DNA of 64,000 nucleotides from NCBI GenBank assembly GCA_964471915.1, contig CAYYID010000007.1, positions 35,567 to 99,566 of the forward strand. Reading direction: 5' to 3'. The stretch comes from an uncultured Solibacteraceae bacterium. GTDB taxonomy: Bacteria > Acidobacteriota > Terriglobia > Bryobacterales > Bryobacteraceae. This document shows, one piece after another, positions 10,228-20,194 of this stretch; positions within the stretch are counted from its first letter, which is position 1; each line of letters opens with the position of its first letter. The translations under genes were made by a program, and so were the position numbers. The notes under the pieces were generated by a model that worked only from the letters and a program-made list of their open reading frames with translations, was not told the origin of the DNA and made no database searches.

Positions 10228-11100
10228 TTAGTGCAGGCCCCCGATCTGCGAGAAAAAGACGTCTTCGAGATTGGGGTCCGCCGGATGGAAGCCGTCGCCA
10301 GGCGCCTGGTCACTCAGCACGTGGATCATGGGCTGCCCGGCGACCAGCTTGTGCGAAATCACCCGGTACTTCTCCTCATAGCCCTTGAGGTCGTGCTTGC
10401 CGATGGAGCGCTCCCAGACGCGGCCGTCGAGCGCGGCCACCGCGGCGTCCGGCGATCCGGCATACAGCAGCTTGCCTTTGTCGATGATCGCCATGTTTGT
10501 GCACAGCTCCAGGACATCCTGCACGATGTGCGTGGAGAGAATCACGATGACGTTCTCGCCCACTTCGGCGAGCAGGTTGTAAAACCGGTTGCGTTCGCCC
10601 GGATCCAAGCCGGCCGTGGGCTCATCGACGATGAGCAGTTGCGGGTCGCCGATCAGGGCCTGCGCGATGCCGAAGCGCTGGCGCATGCCGCCCGAGTAAC
10701 CCGCCAGCGCTTTCTTGCGCACGTCCCAGAGGTTCACTCGCTGCAGCAGCGCCTCCACCAGCGCCTTCCGCTCCCGGCCGTTCGAAAACCCCTTGAGCAG
10801 CGCCAGGTGGTCGAGCATGTCCACCGCGGAGATGCGCGGATAGACTCCGAAGTCCTGGGGCAGGTAACCCAGGCGCTGGCGGACCTCTTCTTTTTGGGTT
10901 AGGACATTCAGCTCGCCGAGGGTGGCGGATCCGCTGTCCGCCTCCTGCAGCGTGGCCAGGATGCGCATCAGCGTGGACTTGCCGGCGCCGTTGGGCCCCA
11001 GCAGCCCGAACATGCCGCGCGGAATGGTCAGGCTGACGTGATCCAGCGCGCGGACGCCGTTGGCATAGGTCTTGGAGAGGTTCTCGATGCGCAGTTCCAT
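10228..11100 (-). CDS. ABC transporter ATP-binding protein
   Basis: Walker A GPNGAGKST, ABC signature LSGGMRQR, Walker B LLIVDEPTAGLD. Confidence 0.9.
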   Translation of the reverse strand: MELRIENLSKTYANGVRALDHVSLTIPRGMFGLLGPNGAGKSTLMRILATLQEADSGSATLGELNVLTQKEEVRQRLGYLPQDFGVYPRISAVDMLDHLALLKGFSNGRERKALVEALLQRVNLWDVRKKALAGYSGGMRQRFGIAQALIGDPQLLIVDEPTAGLDPGERNRFYNLLAEVGENVIVILSTHIVQDVLELCTNMAIIDKGKLLYAGSPDAAVAALDGRVWERSIGKHDLKGYEEKYRVISHKLVAGQPMIHVLSDQAPGDGFHPADPNLEDVFFSQIGGLH

Positions 11101-11399
11101 GGAAGGTTCGATGTTAGAAGACGGGCAGGTGCCCTAGGAATTACGCGAGCGAGGCCCGCGGAGTTCGGTCAAAGGCGGGAGCGCCAGACGCGGGCATCGC
11201 GCCGCCGTGAGCACGGCGCTGACGACCGCGGCGTCGCGGGCTCTCCGCACATCTCGGGTTACTCTCACGGAAGCGCGTCCGGCTGGTCGAAGCCCCTACC
11301 TCCCGTGACCCACTTCAATGCGAGACGCTCGTCAGCGGTCAGCTTGCGGACCTCTTCGATCCAGCTCTTCCTGGGTCATTCTCGGGACTCTTGCGCGAG

Positions 11400-14369
11400 C
11401 TACTGCCGGTCGCCGCTCGACTCGCCGTACGCCGCCGCGTTGAACCGCTTCTTCTCGTCCTCGCGCTGGTTGTACGGGATCCCCTTCTCCATCCACTCCG
11501 GCTTCGGCGCGCCCTTCAGGAAATGATCGAAGAACTGCTGCATGCGCACCGTGTAGTCCTTCTGGTTGTGCCGCTTGCGCAATCCGTGCTTTTCGCCGTT
11601 GTAGTTGAACAGATACGCTTCCTTGCCGTTGCGCCGCAGCGACAGGAACAGCTCGATGCCCTGGTACCACGGCACGGCGTCGTCTTCGTCGTCGTGCAGG
11701 ATCAACAGCGGCGTTTGTACGCGGTGCGCGCGGAATACCGGCGAGTTCTCGATGAAGTCGAGCGGCGCCTCCCATAGCGTGCCGCCGATGCGGCTCTGCG
11801 TCTTCTCATACTGGAACTGCCGCGGCAGGCCGGAGCCCCAGCGGATCCCGTTGTACGCGCTGGTCATGTTGCCGACCGGCGCGCCCGCCTCCGCCGCCCG
11901 AAAACGGTTCGTGCGCGTCACCATGTACGAGATCTGGTACCCGCCCCAGGAATGACCCTGGATCCCGATGGCGTTCTCGTCCACGATGCCGCGATCGACC
12001 AGTTCCTGCACCGCCGGCAGCACGCACTTCAGCGCGCTCTGTCCCGGCGACCCGATGTTGTACACGATATCCGGCGTCATCACCAGGTAGCCGTTCGAAA
12101 CGTAGTATGCGAAGTTCACCGACGTCCCCGGTGCGGGCCGCACGAAGCTGTGCAGATTCTGCGACAGGCGCTCGTAGATGTAGACCATCAGCGGATACTT
12201 CTTCTTCGGATCGAAGTTCTCGGGCTTGTACAGCGCGGCCTGCAGCGGCACACCGTCGGTGCTCTTGAAGGAGAACAACTCGCCCGGAGCGCCCCACAGG
12301 ATCCCGGCTTTTTGGGGATTCGCTTCGGTCACCTGCTTCAGCGTGCGGAACGACGAGTCGGTCACGTGCAGGTTCGGCTCGTCGGCGAACGTCGTCGCGG
12401 TGACCAGCACGACATCGGCGTTGCGGGCCTTGCCCGCGGCGCGGAAGTTCTTTGCGCCCATCAGCAGTTTCGCCGGCGCGGCGCCGGTGAGGTTGGCCAA
12501 AGCGTAGAACCCGGTGTCGCGCGTTACCGTATTCTCGGCGCGCAGGTAGTGCGTCTTCGCCGGATCCAGGCCGCGCTCCTCGTCGTCCTCTTCCTCGGGA
12601 CCGCGGCCGCCGCCAAAGGGACCGAAGCCGCCACCGCGCCCGTCCAGCCGCGCCACCCGGAACTGCGTCTTCTGCTCGCGGCCCTGCGTCAAGCGCCGCG
12701 AAGTCCGGCCGTCCGCCGCGACGTACCAGACGTCGTACTGGTCATACAGCAGCACGCCGTTGCCGTCCTTGGTCCAGCCCGCGTTGCCGTAGCCGTTGGG
12801 CTCGCTGGGCGAGTCGTGCTCCTCGTTGAAGAACTTCACCCCAAGCGTCGCCGTCAGGTTCGTCAGGAAGCCGTCGGCGATCCGCACGCTCCACCAGTCG
12901 CCCTTCTTGAACGCGAGCGCGTGGTTCCCCTTCGGCGACCAGATCGCGCCGCCGCGGAATTTCTCGATCAACGGCTTGCGCGTCCCGCTGCTGGTGTCGA
13001 CCAGGTGGAGGTCGGCGTAGTTGCCGTCGTAATCGACCATGGAACGGTACTTGCGGTCGTCCGAGCCGATCGCCCAGCGGCCGTCGTCACTGAAGCTCAC
13101 CGTCTGCAGCGTCGGATCCGCCACCTGCACCAGCTTCTTCTCGGCCGCATGGAACACCGCGCGGTACGTCCGCGAGCGGTCCTGCGCCGCGCGGACTTTC
13201 TGCATCGGCTGAATGTAGTCGTCCTTCCAATGCCAGAGATCCGCCAGCACCCGCTCGTCGCCCGGATCGGCCCCGGCCGCCGGCGCCGCCGGACGTTCGG
13301 CGCGGCCCGCCGGCGCCGCCGAGAAGTAGATCCGCTCGCCATCGCGTGAGAAGCTGACGGGCCCGCGCTCGGCGAGCACAAAGCCTGGCGCGAGACCCTT
13401 GCCGTCGGAGATCTCCATCGGCTTCTCGATCCCGCGGTGCCACCAGTAGGCTTTGAACGTCTTGGCATCATCCTTGTTCGAAAGGAACACGAGCTGCCGC
13501 TCCAGCCGGTCCCAGGCGGGGCGCGTGTAGCGGCCCTTGCCGGCCAGCAACGCGCGCGGCGCGTCCTCCGTCCCGGGCCGCACCAAGTAGACGCCGTTGG
13601 TCTCTTCCTTGCGCGAGGCCACGGTGTACACCAGCGCCGCACCATCCTTCGCAACCGAGAACTCGCCGGCGTCCTCGAAAGTCCGCTCCGCGCCCGACTT
13701 CAGGTTGCGGACCACCAGCTCGCTTCCGAACTCGGGCCGTCCCCCGGGACCACCTGCGCCGCCGCGCACCGCACCACGCTGATCGGCGGCATCCTCGGCC
13801 GCCGGCTTGGCCTCGGCGGCCGGCGGACCGTTCGGCTTCGGTCCCTTCTTGTAGGCCACCCACGCACCGCCGTTGTCCGGCACCTGCATGGACGCGACGT
13901 CGGCGACTCGCGTCTCCTTGCCGGTGGCCAGCTCAACAATCACCAGGCCGCCGCGCGGCATCTGGTCCGGACGCTTGCGCTCCTTGCGGGCTTTTTCCGT
14001 TTCCGCCTTGGGCGGGAACGTGGTCGCGACCACGAAGGCGCTGTCGGAGGTAATGGCGATCCGGATCCCGCGCACAGGCGGCGGCGCTTCCGGGTTCTCT
14101 TCGTTCTCGGTCTCCGGCGCGGGCGGAATGGCGCCCGCGGCGAACCGCCAGTCCTTGCCGGCGGCCAGATCGCGGATCACCAGTTCGCCGTCGCCTTCCT
14201 GGGGAAAGAGCGAGTAAGCAAGGAACTTGCCGTCGCGAGACAACTGCTGGCCCGCGATGCTCTTCCAGGAGTCGTAGTCGCGGTGCGTCAGCGGGCGCTT
14301 GCTGGTCCCTTGCGAGGAAACCAGGGCGGCAAAGAGGCAACCAAGAGAGAGAACGCGCAGGAGTTTCAT
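11400..14369 (-). CDS. S9 family (prolyl oligopeptidase-type) serine peptidase with N-terminal TolB-like beta-propeller region, secreted
   Basis: Catalytic triad context GHSWGG...HDDEDDAV...GEKHGL. The likely true start is the ATG at 14369 (MKLLRVLSLGCLFAALVSSQG signal peptide), not the GTG at 14696 used by the ORF track. Confidence 0.85.
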   Translation of the reverse strand: MKLLRVLSLGCLFAALVSSQGTSKRPLTHRDYDSWKSIAGQQLSRDGKFLAYSLFPQEGDGELVIRDLAAGKDWRFAAGAIPPAPETENEENPEAPPPVRGIRIAITSDSAFVVATTFPPKAETEKARKERKRPDQMPRGGLVIVELATGKETRVADVASMQVPDNGGAWVAYKKGPKPNGPPAAEAKPAAEDAADQRGAVRGGAGGPGGRPEFGSELVVRNLKSGAERTFEDAGEFSVAKDGAALVYTVASRKEETNGVYLVRPGTEDAPRALLAGKGRYTRPAWDRLERQLVFLSNKDDAKTFKAYWWHRGIEKPMEISDGKGLAPGFVLAERGPVSFSRDGERIYFSAAPAGRAERPAAPAAGADPGDERVLADLWHWKDDYIQPMQKVRAAQDRSRTYRAVFHAAEKKLVQVADPTLQTVSFSDDGRWAIGSDDRKYRSMVDYDGNYADLHLVDTSSGTRKPLIEKFRGGAIWSPKGNHALAFKKGDWWSVRIADGFLTNLTATLGVKFFNEEHDSPSEPNGYGNAGWTKDGNGVLLYDQYDVWYVAADGRTSRRLTQGREQKTQFRVARLDGRGGGFGPFGGGRGPEEEDDEERGLDPAKTHYLRAENTVTRDTGFYALANLTGAAPAKLLMGAKNFRAAGKARNADVVLVTATTFADEPNLHVTDSSFRTLKQVTEANPQKAGILWGAPGELFSFKSTDGVPLQAALYKPENFDPKKKYPLMVYIYERLSQNLHSFVRPAPGTSVNFAYYVSNGYLVMTPDIVYNIGSPGQSALKCVLPAVQELVDRGIVDENAIGIQGHSWGGYQISYMVTRTNRFRAAEAGAPVGNMTSAYNGIRWGSGLPRQFQYEKTQSRIGGTLWEAPLDFIENSPVFRAHRVQTPLLILHDDEDDAVPWYQGIELFLSLRRNGKEAYLFNYNGEKHGLRKRHNQKDYTVRMQQFFDHFLKGAPKPEWMEKGIPYNQREDEKKRFNAAAYGESSGDRQ

Positions 14370-14438
14370 GGCGTAGATGCAGCCGATTATACTCCCCGTT
14401 TCGTATGCTATGGTTCCGGTATTGACGTGGGGCGAACC

Positions 14439-14711
14439 ATGCAGTTCATCCTCGACCAGCAGGCTGCCACCGCTGCGTGGCAGGAAGGGGCGGACCGCAA
14501 ACTTAAGGGTCTGCAGGTGTTGGTGCAGGCTGGGATGAAGATGATCATCAAACTCCACCAGCAGCAGCGGGGTTTGCAGGAGCGCGTCGCCAGCATCGAC
14601 ACGCGCATCGACGCACTCATCGATGCCCAGAGCCGCACCGAAGCGAAGCTCGATCGTCTCATTCGGGACCTCGGCAAGCCCGGCGGCAATGGGCACGGGA
14701 AGGAACTCTAA
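14439..14711 (+). CDS. hypothetical small protein (90 aa, coiled-coil-like)
   Basis: This is the in-frame tail of the long ORF 13437..14711, which is otherwise antisense to the peptidase gene. GC3-rich. Its TAA overlaps the next ATG as TAATG. Confidence 0.45.
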   Translation: MQFILDQQAATAAWQEGADRKLKGLQVLVQAGMKMIIKLHQQQRGLQERVASIDTRIDALIDAQSRTEAKLDRLIRDLGKPGGNGHGKEL

Positions 14712-14908
14712 TGCGGGCGACGAAAAAACGCGCGGCCGCCACCAGCCCGAAGCGGCCCGACAAGATCGAGTTGCTCGTGGAGCGCAACCGGAAGCTCTTT
14801 GCCAGAATCGAGCGCGAGCGGAAGAAGAACGCGGCGCGCGAGGCGCAGGAGTGGAAAGAAATAGCCCGGCTGGCGAAGCAAATGGAGACGTTGCTCCGGC
14901 AGTCCTAA
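14711..14908 (+). CDS. hypothetical small basic protein (65 aa, K/R/E-rich)
   Basis: The ATG overlaps the upstream stop (TAATG); very high GC3; convergent with the MATE gene. Confidence 0.45.
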   Translation: MRATKKRAAATSPKRPDKIELLVERNRKLFARIERERKKNAAREAQEWKEIARLAKQMETLLRQS

Positions 14909-16206
14909 CCTAGCTCCCGCACCGTCCGCCGCCACGCCCGCAGCAGGACCACTCCGATCAGGATCAGCGCCGTGCAGAGCCCGATCCACAATCCGGCGGC
15001 GCCCCAGCCCAGCCCCAATCCCAGGCCGGCCCCCAGCGGCAGGCCGATCGCCCAATAACAAATCACGTGCGCCAGCATGGGCGTCCGGGTATTGCCCGCG
15101 CCGCGCAGCGCTCCGGTCGCCACCGCCTGAATCCCATCAAACAGTTGAAACAGCGCCGCGATGGCGAGCAGCGCGATCGCCAGATCGATCACCTGCGGAT
15201 CCGGCGTGAACGCGCGGGCGATCCAGCGCGGCGTGATCCAGAACGTCAGCGCCGCGCAGAACATGAACGCCGCGCCCAGCGCGATCCCCGTCCAGCCGGA
15301 GATCGCCGCGCCCGCCGCGTCCCGCCGTCCGATCGCCTGGCCCACCCGGACCGCCGCCGCGGAACTCACGCCTAGCGGGATCATATACGTCACGCTGGCG
15401 GCGTTCAGCGCGATCTGGTGCCCGGCCAGTTGCGTGGGGTCCAGGCGCGCGATCAGCGCCGTCACCACCGCGAACACCGCCACCTCGAAGCTGATCTGGG
15501 TCGCCGCGGGAAACCCCAGCTCGGCCAGCCGCCGCAGCCGCGGCCAGTCCACCGCGAAGCTCAAGTGCGTTAGCCGGACATGGTGCCGCCGGTCGTAGTA
15601 CCAGATCGCGGCCAGCAGAAACACCGCCAGGTACACGCGCGACAGCGTGGTCGCCCAGCCGGAGCCCTCCGCGCCCATCGCGCGAAACCCCCAGTTCCCA
15701 TAAATCAGCAGCCAGTTGCAGAACACGTTGATCAGGTTCGTCGTCACCAGCGCGAACATCACCGGCCGCACGAAGTTCAGGCTCTGCAGGTAGCGCCGGA
15801 AGCAGGAATAGAGCATCAGCGGCAATGTCCCCCAGGCCATCGCCTTGAGGAACGGCGTCGCCTCCCGCAGCACTTGCGGATGGATTCCCGCGCTGCCCAG
15901 CAGAGGGATGATCAGCCACACGCAGCCCATCAGCACCGGCGCCATCAGCAGGCACAGCCATACGCCGCTGATCAGGCCGCGGTGGCACTCCTCGAGATCG
16001 TCCGCGCCGAACGCCTGCGCCACCATCGAGTCCAGCCCCAGCAGCAGGCCCATCCCGAATACGGAGAACGCGTAGTAAATGCCCGAACCCAACGCCACGG
16101 CGCCCATGGTGGTGGCGCCGACGCGGCCCGACATCATGGTGTCCACCACGCCCTCGGCCATCCAGCCCAGCTCAGCCGCCACCAGCGGCAGCGCGAGCTT
16201 CAGCAT
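14905..16206 (-). CDS. MATE family efflux transporter
   Basis: 12-TMS MATE-like sequence (LKLALPLVAAELGWMAEG...). The ATG is at 16206; the ORF track extends to a TTG at 16248. Confidence 0.85.
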   Translation of the reverse strand: MLKLALPLVAAELGWMAEGVVDTMMSGRVGATTMGAVALGSGIYYAFSVFGMGLLLGLDSMVAQAFGADDLEECHRGLISGVWLCLLMAPVLMGCVWLIIPLLGSAGIHPQVLREATPFLKAMAWGTLPLMLYSCFRRYLQSLNFVRPVMFALVTTNLINVFCNWLLIYGNWGFRAMGAEGSGWATTLSRVYLAVFLLAAIWYYDRRHHVRLTHLSFAVDWPRLRRLAELGFPAATQISFEVAVFAVVTALIARLDPTQLAGHQIALNAASVTYMIPLGVSSAAAVRVGQAIGRRDAAGAAISGWTGIALGAAFMFCAALTFWITPRWIARAFTPDPQVIDLAIALLAIAALFQLFDGIQAVATGALRGAGNTRTPMLAHVICYWAIGLPLGAGLGLGLGWGAAGLWIGLCTALILIGVVLLRAWRRTVRELG

Positions 16207-16288
16207 CGGCGGCAGTTCTTTGCGGAATGTCGTGAGGGTCAGCAGCAAGCGAAGAAGAGCGAAGCTTCTTCAGTGTAGCCAGCGCCCG

Positions 16289-18487
16289 TCAATCCGTGGG
16301 CGCGGTCTCCGGCTGCAGGATCGGCGCCCAGTCGTCGAGCAGCAGCCACGCGGCGTCGTCCATCTCCCATCCTTCAGACTCCGGCGCGTCTTCCTTGGTG
16401 AGCATCATCGCGATCCGGAAGTTCCGGATGGCCAGTCGCGTCTTGCCTGCCCCCGCGACCTTCTTCGGCACCGCGCCGATGTCGCCGTCCAGCTTCCCCG
16501 GATGGGTGAATTGCCCCTCGTATGTCTCGAACACATACCGGAGCTGCGCCTGCAGGCGCCGGTTGTTGTCCCGGGTGGTCCCGTGCATGTAGGGGCAGGC
16601 CAGCTCCGCCACCGCCCAGCAGCCGTCGACGACGTTCGTCTTCGCGAACCGGCACCCGCGCGGGTTGTCCGCCTCGTCCGCGCTCAGGAAGTTCTCCCCC
16701 CGGCACGGAAACAGCAGCGCCGTCTGGTTCGTCGGAATACACACCGCATTGGCCGCGTCCACCTCGGACGCCAGCCGCATTTCGTGCCGGTTCAGCAGGT
16801 CCCGCGACTCCACGTGCGTGTGTCCTGGGTTCAATCCCTGCCCGCCCGCGGGATCCATGTTTCCCGTTCGCCCGCCGTAGCCGATAATCTCCCCCGCCAT
16901 CACCGCTCCCGCCGGCGCCCCATACGCGGAGAAGTGAAAACTCGTCCACCGGTAGCTCCGCCCGTTGTGCGCGAAGGAAAGCGCGATGTACTGCCCGGCG
17001 CCCACGGTCAGCCCCTGCGACTTCCGCTCCAGTTGTCCTCCGTGGAGCGCAAACACCTTTGCGCCGACTACCGCGTGGATATCCAGTCCGTAATGCCCGT
17101 CGTCGCCTCGCCACAACGGCGCGTTCGAGTGATCCAGCTTCCCGTAGCCCTTGTTGCCGTAGTCCTCGGACCCCGCGCCGTCGCCCGCGCGCGTCACGAT
17201 GTGCATGTTCCCCGCCCGCCGCAAGGAACCTTCCTCGACATACACCTTATCGGTGATGCGAAAGGCCGGTGACGGATCCGGAATCCCGTCCCACACCGGC
17301 GGCGCCCACAACATCGCCAGCGCCACCATCTCCGGATGTCCCTTGAAGACGCTGAACCACGGCGAGAACCCCGCGATAATCCGCTCTGTCGTGCTCAGAT
17401 CCTGCCAGTTGGCCGATATTACCCCCGGCACCGCCGCTTCGATGAAAGAACGGAACTCGGGCAACGCCGCGGCCGGTTGCTTGTTGCCGGCCACCCGGTA
17501 CCGCCACCCCCACGGGCCCGCGGCCTTGTCCTGTGCCGTGTCCGCCCATTCGATGGTGACGGGCAGCGGCTCCCCGACGGGGAACGGACGGAATCCCTGA
17601 CGTTCCAGCAGGATCGGGAAGTCCCGGAACTGCACCTTGATGCGGAACCCCAGGATGATCTTGGTCACCGGAATGGGCACGTACACGATGCCGTCGTCGT
17701 TGGTCGAGAACATCTTGCGGCGATCCTGTAGCTTGCCTACCGCGGTCCGCCGCGCCGCGTAGTTGTCCCATGTGTTCAGCCGCGTGTACGGAACCTTGCT
17801 GCCCAGCTCCACCTTCTGCCACGTCGCGAACTTCTCCGCCGTCACCGCGCCGAACGTCCCGAACTCGCTTTCCGGGCACTCGTAACCGAGGCCCGTCAGG
17901 TGCATCTGCAGCGTCTCGAAGAACCGGCGGTTGTAATCGCCGACGATCCGCGCAATCCACGCCTTCGTCACCTCGCGGACGAACTTGTCGGGCCGGACTT
18001 CATTCGGGTGCGCCGCGTACCAGTCGCTTTCGTATGCTTCGAGCGCGGTCCAGTCTTCATCGGTGAACGTCTTTCCGGCGGTCCCGCAGTTGTAGCCGAG
18101 CGCCGTCAGTGCCACCTGCAGTTTCGAGCGGTCCGTGGACGTGAATCCCGTGGCGCTGGCCGGCTGGCCAGTGGCCTCGCTGTACGGAATGATGTAGTTC
18201 TCGACGATGTCCCAGGAAAAGTCGCCGAAGAAGCGGACCGCGGCGTGGGCCTTGTCGTCCCACGCCTGCCCGGGGTCGGCAATCAATACCTTCTCAACAG
18301 GCGTGTTTACGACCGGCGCGCCGCTCCGGCAGTCGATCACTTTGATCGCCAGCTTCCGCAGTACCGCCTTCACGTTGGCCAGCCCCGAACTCTTCGGCGT
18401 CACGGCCGACCGGATCTCCGCGATCGGTGTCGCCAACGCCCCGAAGCGCCTGGTACAGTCCTTTTCGTCCGCGCTGATTCGAGCCAT
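16289..18487 (-). CDS. peptidoglycan-binding domain protein with M23/LytM-type metallopeptidase domain, no signal peptide
   Basis: Two PG_binding_1-like repeats (LQVALTALGYNCG..., LQMHLTGLGYECP...). M23 motifs HYGLD ... GEIIGYGGRTGN ... GHTHVE. The N-terminus MARISADEKD is hydrophilic. A Cys-rich C-terminal extension follows. Confidence 0.75.
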   Translation of the reverse strand: MARISADEKDCTRRFGALATPIAEIRSAVTPKSSGLANVKAVLRKLAIKVIDCRSGAPVVNTPVEKVLIADPGQAWDDKAHAAVRFFGDFSWDIVENYIIPYSEATGQPASATGFTSTDRSKLQVALTALGYNCGTAGKTFTDEDWTALEAYESDWYAAHPNEVRPDKFVREVTKAWIARIVGDYNRRFFETLQMHLTGLGYECPESEFGTFGAVTAEKFATWQKVELGSKVPYTRLNTWDNYAARRTAVGKLQDRRKMFSTNDDGIVYVPIPVTKIILGFRIKVQFRDFPILLERQGFRPFPVGEPLPVTIEWADTAQDKAAGPWGWRYRVAGNKQPAAALPEFRSFIEAAVPGVISANWQDLSTTERIIAGFSPWFSVFKGHPEMVALAMLWAPPVWDGIPDPSPAFRITDKVYVEEGSLRRAGNMHIVTRAGDGAGSEDYGNKGYGKLDHSNAPLWRGDDGHYGLDIHAVVGAKVFALHGGQLERKSQGLTVGAGQYIALSFAHNGRSYRWTSFHFSAYGAPAGAVMAGEIIGYGGRTGNMDPAGGQGLNPGHTHVESRDLLNRHEMRLASEVDAANAVCIPTNQTALLFPCRGENFLSADEADNPRGCRFAKTNVVDGCWAVAELACPYMHGTTRDNNRRLQAQLRYVFETYEGQFTHPGKLDGDIGAVPKKVAGAGKTRLAIRNFRIAMMLTKEDAPESEGWEMDDAAWLLLDDWAPILQPETAPTD

Positions 18488-18502
18488 GTTCCGGAGCCTC
18501 CC

Positions 18503-19309
18503 TCAGCAGGTGTACACCGTCCAATCCTTCTCGCCCTCGGCCGGGTACTCCGGAAGCGGCGCCGCGGGCGGCGCCGGAGCGTCCGGCGGATCCGGCGGCA
18601 CCGGCTGCTCCGACATGTCCTCCTCAGCCGGTGTCAACCGCTGGTCGAGATCATGGATCTCCAGCAGGAGCTTGCGCGTCGCGTCGTCGATCTCGCCGGT
18701 GGCTTTCAACTCGTCCGGGTGAGACGCCTGGAACAGGTACACCGCCTTCCGCGTCTTCGGACCCACGATGCCGTCCACAGGCCCGGCATGATACCCAAGG
18801 TTGTTCAAACGCGCCTGGATTCCCGTAACGCGCGAAACCGGATCCAGCGACCCGAAGCTCACCTGGTATTCATCCCCCAAAAAAGTCAGCGTGCCGGACC
18901 GCGTGTCCGCGGGCACCTCGGTCTCGATCAGGCCCTCGTCATCGGTGTAGCCTTCGACCGGCATCATGCCCGCCGCCTCGAGCTTGTACGGCTTATCCGT
19001 GATCGGCCGCCCGGACTCGTCGATCATGAAAAGCCGGAACTTCCACTTCTCCGTCTTCACCACGAACTTGTGCTTGTTGTCCGAGCCTTTGCCGTAGTCC
19101 TTGCCCTCGACCGGCGGAATGTAGAGTTCGTCGCCGGGATAGATCACATTCGGGTTGGGACGCTTGGCGCGAAACGCTGCGTTCCCCGGATGATCGTAGA
19201 CCGTGCGCCAGTCCGTGAATCCGTAGTTCCACGCGATCAGCGAAAGGCACTCGCCTTGCGCCACCACGTGGGTGAAGCCCTCGGTAGGAGGCAGATAACT
19301 GCTGGGCAT
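18503..19309 (-). CDS. LysM domain + peptidoglycan-binding domain protein, no signal peptide
   Basis: N-terminal LysM (HVVAQGECLSLIAWNYG...IYPGDELYIP), a PG_binding_1-like segment (IQARLNNLGYHAGPVDGIVGPKTRKAV) and a Pro-rich tail. Purine-rich RBS-like AGGGAAAGG upstream. 15 nt upstream of the M23 gene. Confidence 0.75.
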   Translation of the reverse strand: MPSSYLPPTEGFTHVVAQGECLSLIAWNYGFTDWRTVYDHPGNAAFRAKRPNPNVIYPGDELYIPPVEGKDYGKGSDNKHKFVVKTEKWKFRLFMIDESGRPITDKPYKLEAAGMMPVEGYTDDEGLIETEVPADTRSGTLTFLGDEYQVSFGSLDPVSRVTGIQARLNNLGYHAGPVDGIVGPKTRKAVYLFQASHPDELKATGEIDDATRKLLLEIHDLDQRLTPAEEDMSEQPVPPDPPDAPAPPAAPLPEYPAEGEKDWTVYTC

Positions 19310-19429
19310 CCTGGCCTTTCCCTGGTACGCGGCTTTTCGCCGTCCGCCGGCTCAGCGAAAGCCGGATGTGTGGTATTCTAAGGGAACCGACCTCGCCAGG
19401 GGGAGAGCTTTCTTCCCGTGGCACTTTCC

Positions 19430-19506
<77 letters not shown>

Positions 19507-19510
19507 TTTC

Positions 19511-20194
19511 TCAAGCCGAGAAACGGTATCCCAACCCCCGCACCGTCAGAATGAACTGCGGCTGCTTCGGGTTCGGCTCCAGTTTCTGCCGCAGCCACGC
19601 CAGGTGGACATCCACGGTCCGCGTATTGATGGACGGTTCGTAGCCCCACACCTTCGTCAGCAGTTCTTCGCGGGATACCGTTTGCCCCGGCCGCTCCAGC
19701 AGGTACTTCAGCAGTTGGAACTCCCGCGCCGAGAGCTGGATCGGCGTGTCGCCGCGCGTTGCTTCCATGGCGCGCAAATCCACGCGGACGTCGCCGAAAG
19801 CCACCGCGTCCGGACCGGCCTTCGCCTGGACGGACCGGCGCAACAGCGCCTCCAGGCGCGCCACCAGCTCCAGCATGTCGAACGGTTTCGTCAGGTAGTC
19901 GTCGGCGCCCACCTGCAACCCCACCACCTTGTCCACCACCTGGGACCGCGCGGTCAGCATCAGGACCGGCGTCGCCAGGCCCTTTTGGCGCACCTGCCGG
20001 CAGATATCGAGTCCGGTCTTGCCCGGCAGCATCCAGTCCAGGATCAGCAGATCGTGTTCGCCGGCCAGCGCCCGCTCCAGCCCGGTATCGCCGTGCTCGG
20101 CGGCCTCGAAACCATAGCCTTCGGCGCGCAGGCGGTCGCCCACCGTCATCACCAGGCCGGGCTCGTCTTCCACCATCAGGATACGCGCGCTCAT
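19511..20194 (-). CDS. OmpR-family two-component response regulator
   Basis: Receiver domain (ILMVEDEP...DLLILDWMLPGKTG) plus a winged-helix C-terminus (LTVRGLGYRF). The start ATG at 20194 overlaps the HK stop (ATGA). Confidence 0.9.
   Translation of the reverse strand: MSARILMVEDEPGLVMTVGDRLRAEGYGFEAAEHGDTGLERALAGEHDLLILDWMLPGKTGLDICRQVRQKGLATPVLMLTARSQVVDKVVGLQVGADDYLTKPFDMLELVARLEALLRRSVQAKAGPDAVAFGDVRVDLRAMEATRGDTPIQLSAREFQLLKYLLERPGQTVSREELLTKVWGYEPSINTRTVDVHLAWLRQKLEPNPKQPQFILTVRGLGYRFSA

Noticed and set aside
13437-14438. Upstream part of the 424-aa ORF 13437..14711
   Set aside because: Antisense to the S9 peptidase gene. Only the final 90 codons (from the ATG at 14439), lying in intergenic space, are kept as a candidate gene.
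19310-19429. Integrase or attachment repeats next to tRNA-Asp
   Set aside because: No integrase-like ORF and no repeat of the tRNA 3' end were found within the window. The island hypothesis for 16289-19309 rests only on proximity.
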